Shown: piece after piece, positions 11,001-23,720 of the stretch
Position numbering within the stretch: position 1 is the first letter of the stretch
How the letters are laid out: each line of letters starts with the position of its first letter
Origin: Hyphochytrium catenoides
Lineage: Eukaryota; Protista; Hyphochytriomycota
Length of the DNA stretch: 50,413 nucleotides
Direction of reading: 5' to 3'
Assembly: GCA_900088475.1 (NCBI GenBank)
Contig: FLMG01001604.1
Coordinates: 1-50,413 of the forward strand
Translations under genes and position numbers: made by a program
The notes under the pieces: generated by a model
The model's input: only the letters and a program-made list of their open reading frames with translations
Told to the model about the DNA's origin: nothing
Database searches by the model: none

Positions 11001-14000
11001 ATGGACATTCTTACGGCTCTGGGCGGCCGGCGCGCTCGCAAGGATGTGACGGTGGAGATGCTGGACTATGGCTATGTGGAGCAATGCAACGATGTCGAGG
11101 AGCTCAAGGCCATCCTTGAAGTCCTACGCTCAGGTCATCCCTCGAGCCGCAGTCTCTCCCAAGTCTTTTCTCTTTCTTTCTGTCAGAAGTGTCTCTTTTA
11201 TCGCTTCTACTCAGCTCATAGGCTTTGTCTCTTCTTCCGTGATCTTTCTCTTCTCGCCTCTCTCTTCCCTTCTTTAGCTCCTGCGTCTCTTCACCTTCTG
11301 TTGATTTCTAGCCCTTTGACTTGCTCAAAAATATTTCTCCACAGCTTGCTTGTTCCTTTCCATTATCCCGTTCTCCTCTTCTCTCTCTCCTTCGCTCTCT
11401 CTCTTACTCACGAGTCTCCTTTCTCGCTCTGTCTCTCTCCCTCTCTCTCTTCTGATACACAGGAAAAGAAGGTCGTTATCCAGAGTTAGAGCAAGCAACA
11501 GAGCGGCAGCTTATCTCTCTCCTCCCTGAGGGGGAACGTCAGCGCGTTCTAAGGCTCAAGTCTGGACCCTCCGCGGAGGACGTTCAGGAGGCCAAGAGCC
11601 AGATTGGAGCCTTCCTTGAGGACATCTCCAAGGTCAAAAGACAGTCTCCTGGAATCTTCCGCTCTTCATCTCCTTCTTCTCCCCGTACTTTTCCTGCTGA
11701 GGGTCGTAGATGTGCGTGGCTCTAGGTTTAGTGACATATCATCCTGCGTGTCATCCTCTTCCCTCTCTCATCTCTCCTTCATCCCCATTTCCGCAAGAAG
11801 CAGGGGCTATCCGCCAGAGATCTCACTGGCTTTCGACCGCTCCTATTTTCCAAGCTTCTCAACCCTGTCCCTTGTTCTCCTCTATTGTTCCTCAGGTTGA
11901 TGAACAGCTCAAGCAGACAAAGAGACAAGGCGAGAAGAGTCTTCCACCTGTTAGAGGTACCAGTGGAGACAGTGGCCGTAGCACAAGCAGCATAGCAGAA
12001 AGGGCTGAAGATCGAGGGCAAGAAGTGACGAAACAGGTGAAATAAAATCTTTATATGGGACCTTTCATTTCTCTCTCTGTCTCTTTTCCTCATGTTCTTG
12101 CTACTCTCTCTCTCTCTCTCTGTATCGGTCTCTCTCGCTCTCTCTCTTTCTGCTCACTAAGATGTGCATACAGTCTCTGAGTCGTCAACGGCTTTTGCAT
12201 CGAGGTCGGAAGAAGGCCCTCTCTCTCATTTTTGCCTGGCAACTTATCTATGTCGTCCTCTACTCCTTTGTATCGTTTTCTATTGTTCCTACGTATCTCT
12301 CCATACGCATTCGATCCTGAAATCGAGGACTTGGCAATGTTTGACGTCGCTGTACCCTTGGTTGCGTAGACTGCTCCCTCGCGAATCAGTGCCTATGACT
12401 TTAGAGCGTGGGAAAAGTTTGATGTGGAGAAAGCGGTCGCGGAAGTGGAGCAAGCGGAAGAGATTGAGGAGCAGAGAAAGAAAGAGAACATCAAGCGAGC
12501 AGAGGAGCAGAGAAAAGCGCATGAAAAGAGGAGAAAGAAAGAGCTCGAGGTGAGCAAAAAAGTGCTCCCTCCGAGTTCTCCTTGTCACATTGCCATCCTC
12601 TCAATAAACTTCTTTAACGTTGTCCTGCATTTCTCTAACCTTGTCAGTTTCTTAGTGTGTCTTATCTCTCTGCCAAGCTAATAATACCTCCCCCTCTCTT
12701 GTTCGCGTTGCTCCTTCTTCTTTGCCTCTCTTACATGCTTGCCTTCCGAAGGCCCTGCCGTCCAGGATTAATCTGAACGAGTATTCGGAGGCAGAAATTA
12801 GAGTCCTGGCCACCAGAGAAAAAGAAAAAGGGAACGAATGCTTTAAAGCTGGGGAGCTTGAGGTGAGAATGTAGGTCATAGTACAGTCTTAGCCAGAACG
12901 ATAGTCGTCCAGGATATACAATGGGAACTGTAGTACGCTCAGGGCAACAGGAGGAGAGGGAGAAGACAGCGAGGGACTAGCAGAGGGTATCTGGTCCTTA
13001 AGCTCACCTCATCCTGGCCTTGTAGGAGGCTTTCAGCTACTACTCTCGATCTATTGCGTTGTACGATGGACACGCCGCTGTGTATTGCAACAGAGCTCTA
13101 GTAGCGCTCAAGCAGGAGAACTTCCAGCGAGCAGAGGAAGATTGCACGAGAGCGATAGAGCTGGATCCCGCTTATGTGAAGGTGATACCAGGAGAAAAGA
13201 AGAGTGCTATGACTGTGAAAGTCTGGATTGTCAGAGCTTGAGCCCGGGAACACTATTCAGTGGTGTGGGCGTGTGGGCCTATTCTTCCCTCCTAGTAGCC
13301 TTTCTTAAGTGCTCAAGTTGCAGTCTCTCAATGATAAATCTCTTTGCTACGCATTACCCACTGATTTACTTCTTGTTGTTTGCATCTCTTTGCCTCTCTA
13401 ACTCTCGGCAGGCATGGTCTCGCCGCGGGACTGCTCGACATAAGCGAGGGCGATACGCAGACGCCATCTCGGACTTTAAGCACGCGCTCAGCCTGCAACC
13501 TCAAGCAGCAGATGTTCAGAAGCTGTTACAAGCCGCAGAGAAGAAGTGGAAAGAGGTCGAGGGAGAGACTGCCTCTCTTCCCTCCGACGTGCCTTCCGCT
13601 GACTCCTACATAGCTAACAAGGCACCAACAGAACGGCCAAAAGAGAAGTTTCGACGCGTGTGTATTATCGAGGAGGAGGAAGACGAGGAAACGGAAGAGC
13701 TGGGAGACAATCAGGAGGGTGTTTCAAAGCTGCAGAATGGAAGGCAAGACGGAGAGGAGCGCTCTAGGGCCAAGTCCATAGGCTCCTTGGGTGCTCTCAG
13801 TGTGGACGATGAATATGAGAAGATCAGCGTCAGAGATATTTCCCCATCTCCAAGAACGAGGGTGGAGGGAGAGGATAAAGAGGAAGAAGGCTTCACCAGA
13901 ATCAGTATTCGAGAGCATTCAGACGAAGAGGAGGAAGGCGAAGAGTCGTATGAGTCGCTCCCTGTCTTTCCAGAGGTGAGAGGAACAGAGACAGTGCCGT

Positions 14001-16868
14001 CTACTTGAGCCATTACTGTCTTTCGTTGCATTCTGTGGACCAATCTGTACTCGTTATTGAGAGATCTTTGTTGTGGATACGCTGGCTCGACGTCTTTAGC
14101 CATTCCCCATCTAGTCAGCCATCTCCAGACTCACCTCAATCTCTAGACTGTCTCTTACAAATCTACATGCTGAAATGGGTCTTCTCTCGTTAGGGCGGCA
14201 CTGCCTCCGCAATGAGAAGGTTAAAGATAACGGAAGACGAAGAGTCACAGGAAGAGGAAGTGGACCATGGGAGAGCTGATACCAGCTGGGAAGCGAGGGT
14301 TCAAGAGGCTAGGAGGAAGAAGGCTGAGGGCAACAGTTTAGCCCAAGCGGGAAGAAGGAAGGAGGCAATCGAGTGCTATTCTATAGCCATAGATCAGCTC
14401 GTGTTGTGCCCGCAAGAAGAGGTTATTGACGATCTTGTCGCCCTATATAGCAATAGGGCAGCCTGCTTCCTACAGCCCCTTCCATCTTCTATGTCCAATA
14501 GCTCTCCCGCACCTTCTTCTTACAACAAGGCTATAGAAGATTGCAATCGAGCGTTATTGTTAAATAAGAGCGCAGCCAAAGCTCTGCTTCGCCGGGGATT
14601 AGCAAAGATGGCTCTTGGACGATGGGGAAGCGCAGAGGAAGACTTTGGAAGCTTTCTATCTCTTTCTGCAAACCAGGCTCCTCTACCCGGAGTGACTGCA
14701 GAAATGGTAACTACTGCCAAGGAGTCACTTGCTAAAGTGCAGCAGGAGAGAGCGCGAGAGCGCGGGGTCGAAGATAAAGAGGCGGGCGCTGGGGATGTGA
14801 ATGGGAATAAGGTAAGGCGGCAGTTATGACGGCGTCCCTCAGCCTTCGTGAGCCGAAGTTGTATATGAGTGCAACTGCATTCTTGTTATTCTGGTTTGTT
14901 AACTTCTATTTCAAGAGTAATGCCAAAGCTAAGGCGCAGTGTCCCCAGGGAGAAGGAGAGAAGGAGGCTCAGACTGTCTCTCAAGTCCACCGAAGGGAGA
15001 AGACTGTCGAAAAGACAAACAAACAGGAAGAATCAGAAGAGGAGAAAAACAAAGGGAACGCCTGCTTTAAAGATGGAGATCTCTCTGGAGCTCTTCGACA
15101 TTATTCCACCTCCCTTTCTCTTCATCCAACAAACTTAGCGAGCAGATGCAATAGGGCTATGGTCTGGCTCAAGATGGAGAAGTATCAAGAAGCAGCGGAA
15201 GATTGTTCGCAGGTACTAAGAGCCGAACAAGGGAATATCAAGGTATGCCTCTTTTAAGAAAGAATAGTAGAGATAAGCGCCTGCTTCCCAAATCCGAAGA
15301 GTAGGCTGGAGGTCCGAATTGTCTGTCTCTCTGTCTTCTTTTTACTACTATACTCCTTGGGGGGGGGAGGGGGGAGATTCCGAACCGGCCTTTGTGGCTC
15401 TGCTATTTCTTACCTGCTGTCACCACTAACAGTGATCCTGCTAACCTCTGTCTTCCAGGCCCTCTACCGTCGAGGCGTAGCACATCTCCACATGGAGAAC
15501 TATAGAGATGCAGTTGGAGACTTTGAGGCATTACTAACGCTGGAACCTGAGAACAAACAGGCCAAAAGCCAACTCTCTATCGCCTTGGACCGTGCAAAGA
15601 AGCGGCAGACCGGTTCCCCTCCTTCTGCCCCGCCTCCGTCCACTCCTATTGCGACTAAAAGAGAAAAAGACACAAAGAGTACAAGAATCATTTTAGAAGA
15701 GACAGCAACGAGCGATCAACTGGTGAGAGACGACAAACAACACAACGAACCGCCAAAGACTCGACACCCAGCTCCACCCACAGCATCAAGACGGGTGGAG
15801 GCGAAAGGAAAGGTTGATACAGAGAAGGCTCTGGCGGCTGTAAGAGCCAGATCATCGGGTTCTACGTTCTCCACACCAAAGACTTCTACGGAGTATGAGC
15901 GCGCCTGGAAGACTCTTCACGGAGATTTACAAGCTTTCCATAGATATCTTAAGGTACGCCATGAAAACCAATGATTTCAGGTGGAGGTGGACGTAGCGAC
16001 TTGGATCGTACGAAGAGGCGAAAGAACCGAAGCACGGCTACTTCTGTCACTGGACCTTATCTTTATTTTTTGTTCTCTAGATGGTTCCTCCCAGTCGGTA
16101 CCCTCGACTGTTCAAATATTCCTTCAATGCCGACATATTCTCCACCATTCTAACTACTCTTCAAGAGTATACGGCAAGGTATGTAGAGCGCCACTGTCTC
16201 ATTCTACCATTACGTCTGGTCAGGCTTTCCGGCGCTTGCCTGACATTTCTTAGTACGTGACGACATCCCGCTAAGACAAGAGGCGATCTGGTCATTGTTA
16301 CCTCTCATCTCGGGCTCCTTCCGTCTTGGCACTGCTAGTCGCCCCATTCCTTTCACCCTTTGGTCTGTCTTAATCTTTGGAATATTGACTAACAGGCCTG
16401 TCATTTTACCCTCATTATGCAGCGAGGACCCGGCCTTTACTCTAGATCTCTTAGACCAGTTGACGAAGGTCAATCGCTTCACTATGGCAATTGCCTTCCT
16501 TACGCCAGCGGACAAAGAAGGTCAGTAGCGAGTGTCCACCCCGCTTTGCTCTGTGTCCTCGCTCTCTATTGTCTCTACTTTCTTTCTAGAATGTCTTTTT
16601 CATTTCATCGTTTGGGGGTTTACGCCGCGCTGTGATAGCCGTGCCCCTAGTCCCTCTTTGGTTCGACATAATGGTAGTCATTGGACTCTCTTGGGACTTC
16701 AAAGTATGGTCCTCATGGGCATGCTGTTCTAGTCTTCTATGTCGGGTGGTTCTCACGCATCTTGCTTCACCAGCACTAGGCGCTGTCTTCGGTCAGCTCG
16801 AACGGGTGGGCGAGGAGATTCTCCCGAAAGAGGCAATCGAGGACGTCAAGCGCCATTATGGACACTGA
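11001..16868 (+). CDS. SPAG1: SPAG1 (DNAAF13)/RPAP3-family TPR co-chaperone, 13 exons
   Basis: The N-terminus LDYGYVEQCNDVEELKAILEVLRSG|KEGRYPELEQ is SPAG1-specific, followed by LPPVRG and AYDFRAWEKFDVEK. There are three carboxylate-clamp TPR clusters (KEKGNECFK...NRA...KAWSRRG; KAEGN...NRA...KALLRRG; KNKGNACFK...NRA...KALYRRG). The C-terminus is an RPAP3_C domain (PKTSTEYERAW...YLKMVPPSRYPRLFK...LTKVNRFTMAIAFL...VKRHYGH*). All junctions are GT-AG and in phase. Confidence 0.9.
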
Positions 16869-17196
16869 ATATTATTTGAGGCGGACTGATGTCCTGTAAG
16901 CCGAATTAGCTAGGACATAGTATGTGATAGCACTTGGTAGCTCTTCGCCAGTTAGAGAAGCCACGTTGTGAGGCGAAGTGTCACTTTGTAGACCACAGGG
17001 CACCTGTGAAGCTATTAGACCTCGAAGAGCGACGCCCTAATGTATTAATAGAAGAGTCATCATTCTCTAAAGCAATAGCCTCGTTACAAGGGCTAGAGAG
17101 GACAGGGAGGTGCCAGACAAGGAGATTGAACGGTCACCTATCAGGATGATGGAGGTAAGAGCGCCCTTAGTGTGAGACACGCAGGGGCCTTTCAAA

Positions 17197-18847
17197 TTAC
17201 GGGTTTGGATACATCCAACTGGGCAGGTTGCGGTCTTTAGGTGGTGCAGCTGGCTGGCTCACAGCCGCAGTAGGGACCACAGACACGTCCTGCGGAGGCT
17301 GAGGAGGAGGAACATTGCTTCCTCTTCCTCCCCATCCCCCCGTGTTCCATAGATTGAAGCCTCCGAAGCGTGATGAAGAGCTAGTGGCGGGCTGTTGCTG
17401 CTGTTGCGGCTGCTCAGTAGCTGCTGGCTTTGCAGATGCAGCGAACCATCGGTTACTACGGAAGGAGTAGAAGGGAAGAGTCAGCTGTTAGCCATGTTCC
17501 TGACCATGACTCTGCCCATCCTTATCGTTCCATCTTTTGTTTCTCACGACTCTCTGAAGTAAGGAATGGTACTTGCCCCCACCCTTCTCCAATCCTTGTT
17601 CTTCACCTCGTTGTGTCTCATTTCTGTCTTCTTCACTTCTCCACTGGGCTTACCCTGAAGCGTCCTTGGGCTTTGGAGGTGGTGCAGCGTTGTTCCCCGT
17701 GATGAAAATGGCCATCAGATGAATGACGCCAACACCGATGCAACAGCCGCCGACGATGGACACAACGACGAAGCCTTGACCGCCCGAACCAGCTGTATCA
17801 GAAGGGAGTTGGGGTGAGAAGTAAGAAGATGGGTTTGAGAAGACAGTGAAGAGGCACAATTTAGTACGTAATATGGCGGTATGAAGCGCTAGCCAGGGAG
17901 AAGAGGAATCAAGCGCCAACGCAGTGCCTGTGCAACGCTTGGAAAATGGGTGATAACTACTTTGGTGCAGAGTTTTGTCGTACCGTTTGATAGTCCGATG
18001 ATTGCTGTCAAAGTACCGCCGCTGAGAGGGGGAGAGGAGGAGGGTGGTTTAGGAAGAACGCCGAAGCAGTGAGGTGAGGCAAACAAGCGCTTCTCTGATA
18101 TCTTCCTCTTGCCCTTTGAGTTCCATCGCTGACGCCGAACTTATTATCATTCTATATAGAGAGCTTTATCTTTCTGTCTCCCTGTCGTTTCCGCTCTCCA
18201 CCTCTCCGACCCTTATCTTCCTATTACCGCTCTATTGAGTTGATACAGAGCATCTGCTGCCTGCTTGCCCCACATGGCACAGTACTTACACTAGGTTCAT
18301 AATGGCTCTGCCAACCCTGTAGCGTAGAAAGCCAAAGTAGAAGAAGTACCATTCCCAAAAGAACTCCGCCAGGAAGAGCAGAAAGCCAAAGAGTCTGCAT
18401 AACCAAAGAGAAGAAAAAAAGAAGGCAGAGGATAGGCGACGCACGCATCAGGTGGTGACATTCAGCTGGTAGACGGGACAAAGATGGCACGGGCCAGGGG
18501 GAGCGAAGGTGCCACGGTCCACAGCGGAAAACAACGGTCAAGGGACGAAGAAAAGCGAAAAGAGAGATGTCAACTTAACCCATCCTCAAAGCGAAGAAGA
18601 TAGTCAAAGAGAGGTCTCGTGCCTGTTCTTATGCCTGTGCTACTTACATTCCTAAGAAACACATGCAGGCAAATGATGTTGCCCCCTGTAGGTCAGAAAC
18701 GCCATTCGCTTTTGGGACTACATAACTGAACCCGGAGCCCGAGATCAGCATCAGGCAAGCAGATGTGAGAAGTGCTAGAACACGAATCATCACCCTGAAG
18801 CAGGGGACGGTGCAGAGAGGCTCTGGCGCAGGACTGCTCTCCCCCAT
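17197..18847 (-). CDS. COPI-associated / TVP15-like multi-pass Golgi membrane protein, 5 exons
   Basis: Exons ~18847-18648, ~18395-18290, ~18022-17985, ~17793-17655 and ~17456-17197 give MGESSPAPEPLC...IRVLALLTSACLML...|LFGFLLFLAEFFWEWYFFYFGFLRYRVGRAIMNLVGGTL...|GFVVVSIVGGCCIGVGVIHLMAIF...|Pro/Gln-rich tail ...PSWMYPNP*. The FG.L..LAE...FGFL....GR pattern is characteristic of the COPI_assoc family. Confidence 0.7.
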
Positions 18848-20007
18848 CTTGGCGCTGATGGACTGAAGTAAGCTAACTAAAGACGCCTTAGGAAATGAAA
18901 GAGACGCTGGTGAGGGGCTGATGGTCTATGCCGCTCCACTTTCTACGTCGATCTCCTAAAGTGAAGCCTTGCCCACACAGCGGATGAGATGTAGACACTG
19001 ATAGGGACATATACTGCCCCTGACGAAGGCCCGTTGACTCGTTATGTCTCAGATAACCGTCCCCTTATGCCCTCTCCTTCTCTTCACTTCGTATTGGCGG
19101 TCTTCTCTTGCTCCGTTGGCTCTCCTTCCTTTCTCTGGCGCGGCGCCGTCCTATCAATGGTCTGCTGCCATCGCTGGACCTTCCTTATCCTCTTGCTTTC
19201 TCGCTCTCTCTCACTTACCGTGGCCATGGCTCTTCGTCTGCGCTCTCTGTTTAGTTGGCGCCAGTGTATTGTTCCTTCTGAAGGCCACTCTGTCTCGCAT
19301 GCTTTCCTCCTCTCATGGCTCTTTGTGCAGTCAAGAGGGCACGTTAGGTAACCACCTTTTCAGTTCTCCTCCAGGACTCTCATAAATTGTTGTCTTGGCT
19401 TTATTTACGGTCGCGGGGAAGTGTATTGTACCTTGCTGCCAGCTAATTCTGAAGAGAGGTAATAAGGCGTAAGGCCTTACATGTATTTCCGGTCTACAGG
19501 ATACCAGTTAGGTACTTTGCATACAGCAGTCGGCATGGCCGTATCCGGAACCCAAAGCCAGAACTTAATTAAGGATGCATTCTCAATAATCCATCAGAGC
19601 TGACATAGGTGTTTGCATGTAATTTTTATAAGTGTAGTTTTCAGTGATCATCCAGAGTGGTGCATTGATTATTGAGTGAAAGAATGAACAGAAACCATCG
19701 ATTGTGGAAACGAAGCGTGCAGATTAGATTTACGGATTCGGGATAAATGGAGAAATAAAGGAGAAGTGGTGAAGTGGTGAATGTTTGTTATTGAAGGGAT
19801 GGAGAGATTATCGAGGATTACTTCATCAACTGAGACCGATTCAGAGTTGGGGTGGTAGTGGGAGTGCGTTGAGGCCGATAATAAGGTGCAGTGAAGAGAC
19901 CATTGCCCATAATCAATGTACCACGCCCGATCACCGAAAACTACTATGTTTGCTCTGATGCATTATTTCGGTTTTCTCGAGCTTGAACAATTTTCTTGGT
20001 TTCTAAA

Positions 20008-20020
20008 TTCCGCGCCAAAA
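20008..20020 (-). promoter_or_regulatory. E2F-type site TTTTGGCGCGGAA upstream of HROB
   Basis: Matches the TTTSSCGC consensus, about 340 bp upstream of the HROB ATG in an AT-rich intergenic region. Confidence 0.5.
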
Positions 20021-20358
20021 TTTACAGATTTGAGAGTCTTGATTGTGGATTTGTCAGAGATTCTGATGCGTCCCATGCAGACTGCAGACCGCCAGTTTAT
20101 GATAAGTGAAGATTGAAGCCTTGGGTCAAGGCTTGAAGGGGCCGAGGGTTAGACTGCTACGAGATGAAATACTAGTTTGATATACCGGCGTTGGCAAGCC
20201 TGCCCGTCTGGGGTTAGTGAATGTTGACGTCGCTCTTTGCACCCGGGCCATGATTTGTTCTGTCGATGGACTAGGCAAAAGCATGCTATGTTGGCTCAGC
20301 GTAGACTCGGAAGAGAGAACTTAAACCATCTAGAGCTGAGCTCTGGTCATATCAAGAT

Positions 20359-23308
20359 ATGACTGATGGCGGTGTTGCTAACGCTGGCAAAAGGCGTAAC
20401 AGGAGTCAGACCAGAATACCTGGTCCAGTAGGTACTGAGAGCACCTTACAGCGAGTCCACTCAGTCAAACTAATAGCCCGGCCCTTGAAGGTTCATTACC
20501 AGCAAGGGGTAGAAGAGAAGGCGCCGGCTGGAGTGACCCCAGGAGTGACTTTATCCCTAGACCAGATAGTGCTGAGAGGTACGCAAACAGAAGAGCTACC
20601 TTCAAGGTCAAAGTGCTTTATGGTCGTTCGCCCTCTGTCGTTGTCCTCTTCTGATCCAGGCTTTCTCATCCTCTTTACTAAATCTTTTATTTATCTGCTA
20701 CTGATGTCTAGCCGACGGCCGGATCTCGTTGAGGTGGATGATGACGAACCTCCAGGAGAGGAAGGCGCCTCAGAGCTCAAGGTAGACATCAAATATGTGC
20801 TTCCGCTCAGCCAAGACAACGATAGCTGACTTCGAACTGTTAGAGAATATGGCTCTTGGTTTTCAAAGACTTGGACATTCCTGCCCGTGTCGGACCCTCG
20901 GGAGGTAGGACTCCGCATCTGCTGCTTCTGCCCCGCGCCTTTGTCCAGCTTCTTTCCTCTTATGCCCCAAACTATCTGCCTTATCTAAACGTTCTTCCTT
21001 GTACTTCTCCCTCTCTTCATCCTCCCATCCCCCATTACCTACTGCTGATTATGGGTGATGTCCTGGTTCCTTCTCTCCTCGTCTTCTATCTCCTTCTGGC
21101 TAACGGCCATTTATCCTTTCGTGAAGATGTAAGCCTTACCCACTGATGAGTTCGTTGATGCTGGTCAGGGTTCATACTAGAGCGAGTTCCTAGAGCCTTT
21201 CAGTACACTGCCAAGTACATCCACGATGGCGGCTACAAGGGCAAGATACCTCAGGTAAAATGCAACACGAGAGAATTGTAGGACCTGAAGAGAGCTGGAC
21301 GTCAGAGGCAAGATGATGTTATTCTAAGGTTATGAGCTAATCCATCAGATACTTAGTGCTCGACCGCGCCTCTCTTAGCGCTGCCTCCTAACCCGTAACC
21401 CCTGCATGTCATGCTATGTATTGCGTCCGCAGGCCATCCTCATCATCAAATCCCTTCGAATAACAGATTCACAGGAGGCCCTGGCCCTTCTGTCTGACTA
21501 TCAAGGTGGTGAGATAGAGTCATACTTCCATCGAAAGGTGGTGGAGGAGCACGGTAGCGGTGGCAGGAAAAGAGGAGGAGACGCGGCCAACAATGACCTC
21601 AGCGTCGGGTCCATTCTCATTCTCCGTCAAGTGTCTGTGTTCACCCCGGTAACCGGAAGGCATTATCTCAACGTCACATCAGACAACGTCGTCCGTATCT
21701 TCTCGTCTTCCTCTTCTACGTTGGAGGACGCTGACGGAGAACTGTTCCGCGCTACCCCACGGAGCCGCTCATTTCTGGCTGGGAATTATCAGAACCTACC
21801 TCCGTAAGTGATAGTCTCCGTTTGTTGCTTATTTATTATTGCCTCCGCTCTGCTAGCTCCTCGTTAAGAATCCGATTAGCTGTGGTGTCCTTCCAACCAT
21901 CAATCCTGCACTTTTAGGTCCTCATTCGCAGTCATTCATGATGGTTCTGGAGTTCATTTTGTCCATCTATAGCAGTCACTTCACTCCCACAATAGTAACC
22001 TGACGCATCTCCCTTCCCGTGATCTACTCTTCTCTGAAACCATTCTCTCACGCATGCGATAAGGCCCAATCCACCACAGGAAAGTCGAGCTTCTCTGTCA
22101 TCCTCCGTCCTCAATCCTGAGCAGTTTGTCACTCCGCGGACCTCAGGCGCTGGGTTCTCGATGGGCAGCGGTAATGATTCCAGTGACAGGGCCGAAGCCA
22201 TGGGGAAAGAGAAAGATGCGGTAGATCTAGAACAGAGATCTTCCCAGCTCCGAAATTTTGACAGAAGCCGTCGGCTGGACTCTGAGCCCTCGCATGTAGC
22301 CCAAAGAAGGAGAATGGAGTATGGAGGTTGGTTGAGCAATCTTTGGAGACCCCCAGCACCCTTTGGTTTGCCCCTGGTGTTTCTGTTCCAAGCTCCCGTC
22401 TTCCTTACTCCCGCTATTCTCCTTGTTAGTCAGTTTATCGTTGTCTTCCTTTACCTCTGCCACATGTTACTCTGCCCTCTCTGGCTAAGGATGTCTCCTT
22501 TGACAGTCATGATTCTAAATATAGGTCTTTCCATATTTATTTCTCAGGTCTCATAGGTCAGACGGTTACCTTGCCCCAAAGGCTTGGTCTCCATAAGGAA
22601 GAGAGAGGAGATAAGGAGAACGAGGGAGAACAGGATGGCTCAACAATGCTTCGGCAACGGCTTCGTCCTCAGCCGCGGACAACTATCAACAGCATTAGAG
22701 TGAGAGAAGAGAGCCGAAGTCGACCTCTCGTCTCATCTCCCTCCCCTACCCCGCCACCTTTATTTGACTTTCTTCCTAGCGCTGAGGAGGAGATCAACGC
22801 CCTCTTTGAAGAGGAAGGGGGAGTCCAGATATTGCACCCTCCGACTCCTACCCAGAGCTTTGCACCATCACAGACCTCACAGCTAGCGAACCGTCATGAC
22901 AATGACGTCAATAAAGCAAGTCAAAAAGAGAGAAGGGCTCCAACAGGGAGATCGCCTCCTTCGAGAGATCACGCCTCACCTTCCATCAACGCTCCCCTAT
23001 TCCCGGTAAGAAGACCCTCTGGAACGGAAGGAGAGACAACAAAGTCAACTGAAGAAGTAGTGCAGAGTACGCCGCCATCTCAGGCATCGGCTCTTAATTC
23101 CTTCCCTTCTCACAAGCCTCCTCTCCCACCTGCCAGGCAGAGGTGGTCACACATCCCCCCTGCTCCGCTCTCCTCTCCTTCGCCGAGAGCTTCCACAGCA
23201 GGGTCAAACACTACTCACGCTGTTGCGCCGTCAGCGGCAGAGAGTGAAGTCCAACGGGTTTGGAGTCAGGTCAATGACGATGATCTGGACCTTCTTGACG
23301 AAGATTAG
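20359..23308 (+). CDS. HROB: Homologous recombination OB-fold protein (HROB/MCM8IP/C17orf53, DUF4539), ~8 exons
   Basis: N-terminal RIPGPVG (HROB family RFPGPAG), then IWLLVFKDL, then the OB fold GKIPQ|AILIIKSLR...ALLSDYQGGEIESYFHRKVV...LSVGSILILRQVSVFTPVTGRHYLNVTSDNVVRIF (21433-21700). The tail is long, low-complexity and ends in an acidic helix (DDDLDLLDED*). The 3' exon junctions are less certain. Confidence 0.85.
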
Positions 23309-23720
23309 ATTTCGACTGCCTTGTGGATATAGGCGGGAAGAGTGACAAACCAGAGGCTGCGACGAGCGACAAGAAGAAGTGACTGTGCAGCTTGTTTCCG
23401 AGCAGTTAGCCCGCTAACCATCGCCATAGGGCAGCGGGTAATCAACAAATGGGACCTTCTCTAAACTCTACCTTAGGATGGCCAATGGCAATGTGTGGCT
23501 TGCGTCTGGAACTTCGACTTCTGTCCAATAAATTATTTATGATCATCCTTTCTAACATTAATCGCCTCACAAGAAGGAATGAGCAGATCTGCCAAGGCTT
23601 CCTCTCTTTTACTCTTCAACTCTCCTCCTGTGAGCATCTCTTCAACTTCTCCCTTCCGAGCCTCTCTCAGTTGACATCTTTTCCGCTGTTCCTCTCCTCT
23701 TTCCGATGGTCAAAATCTAT

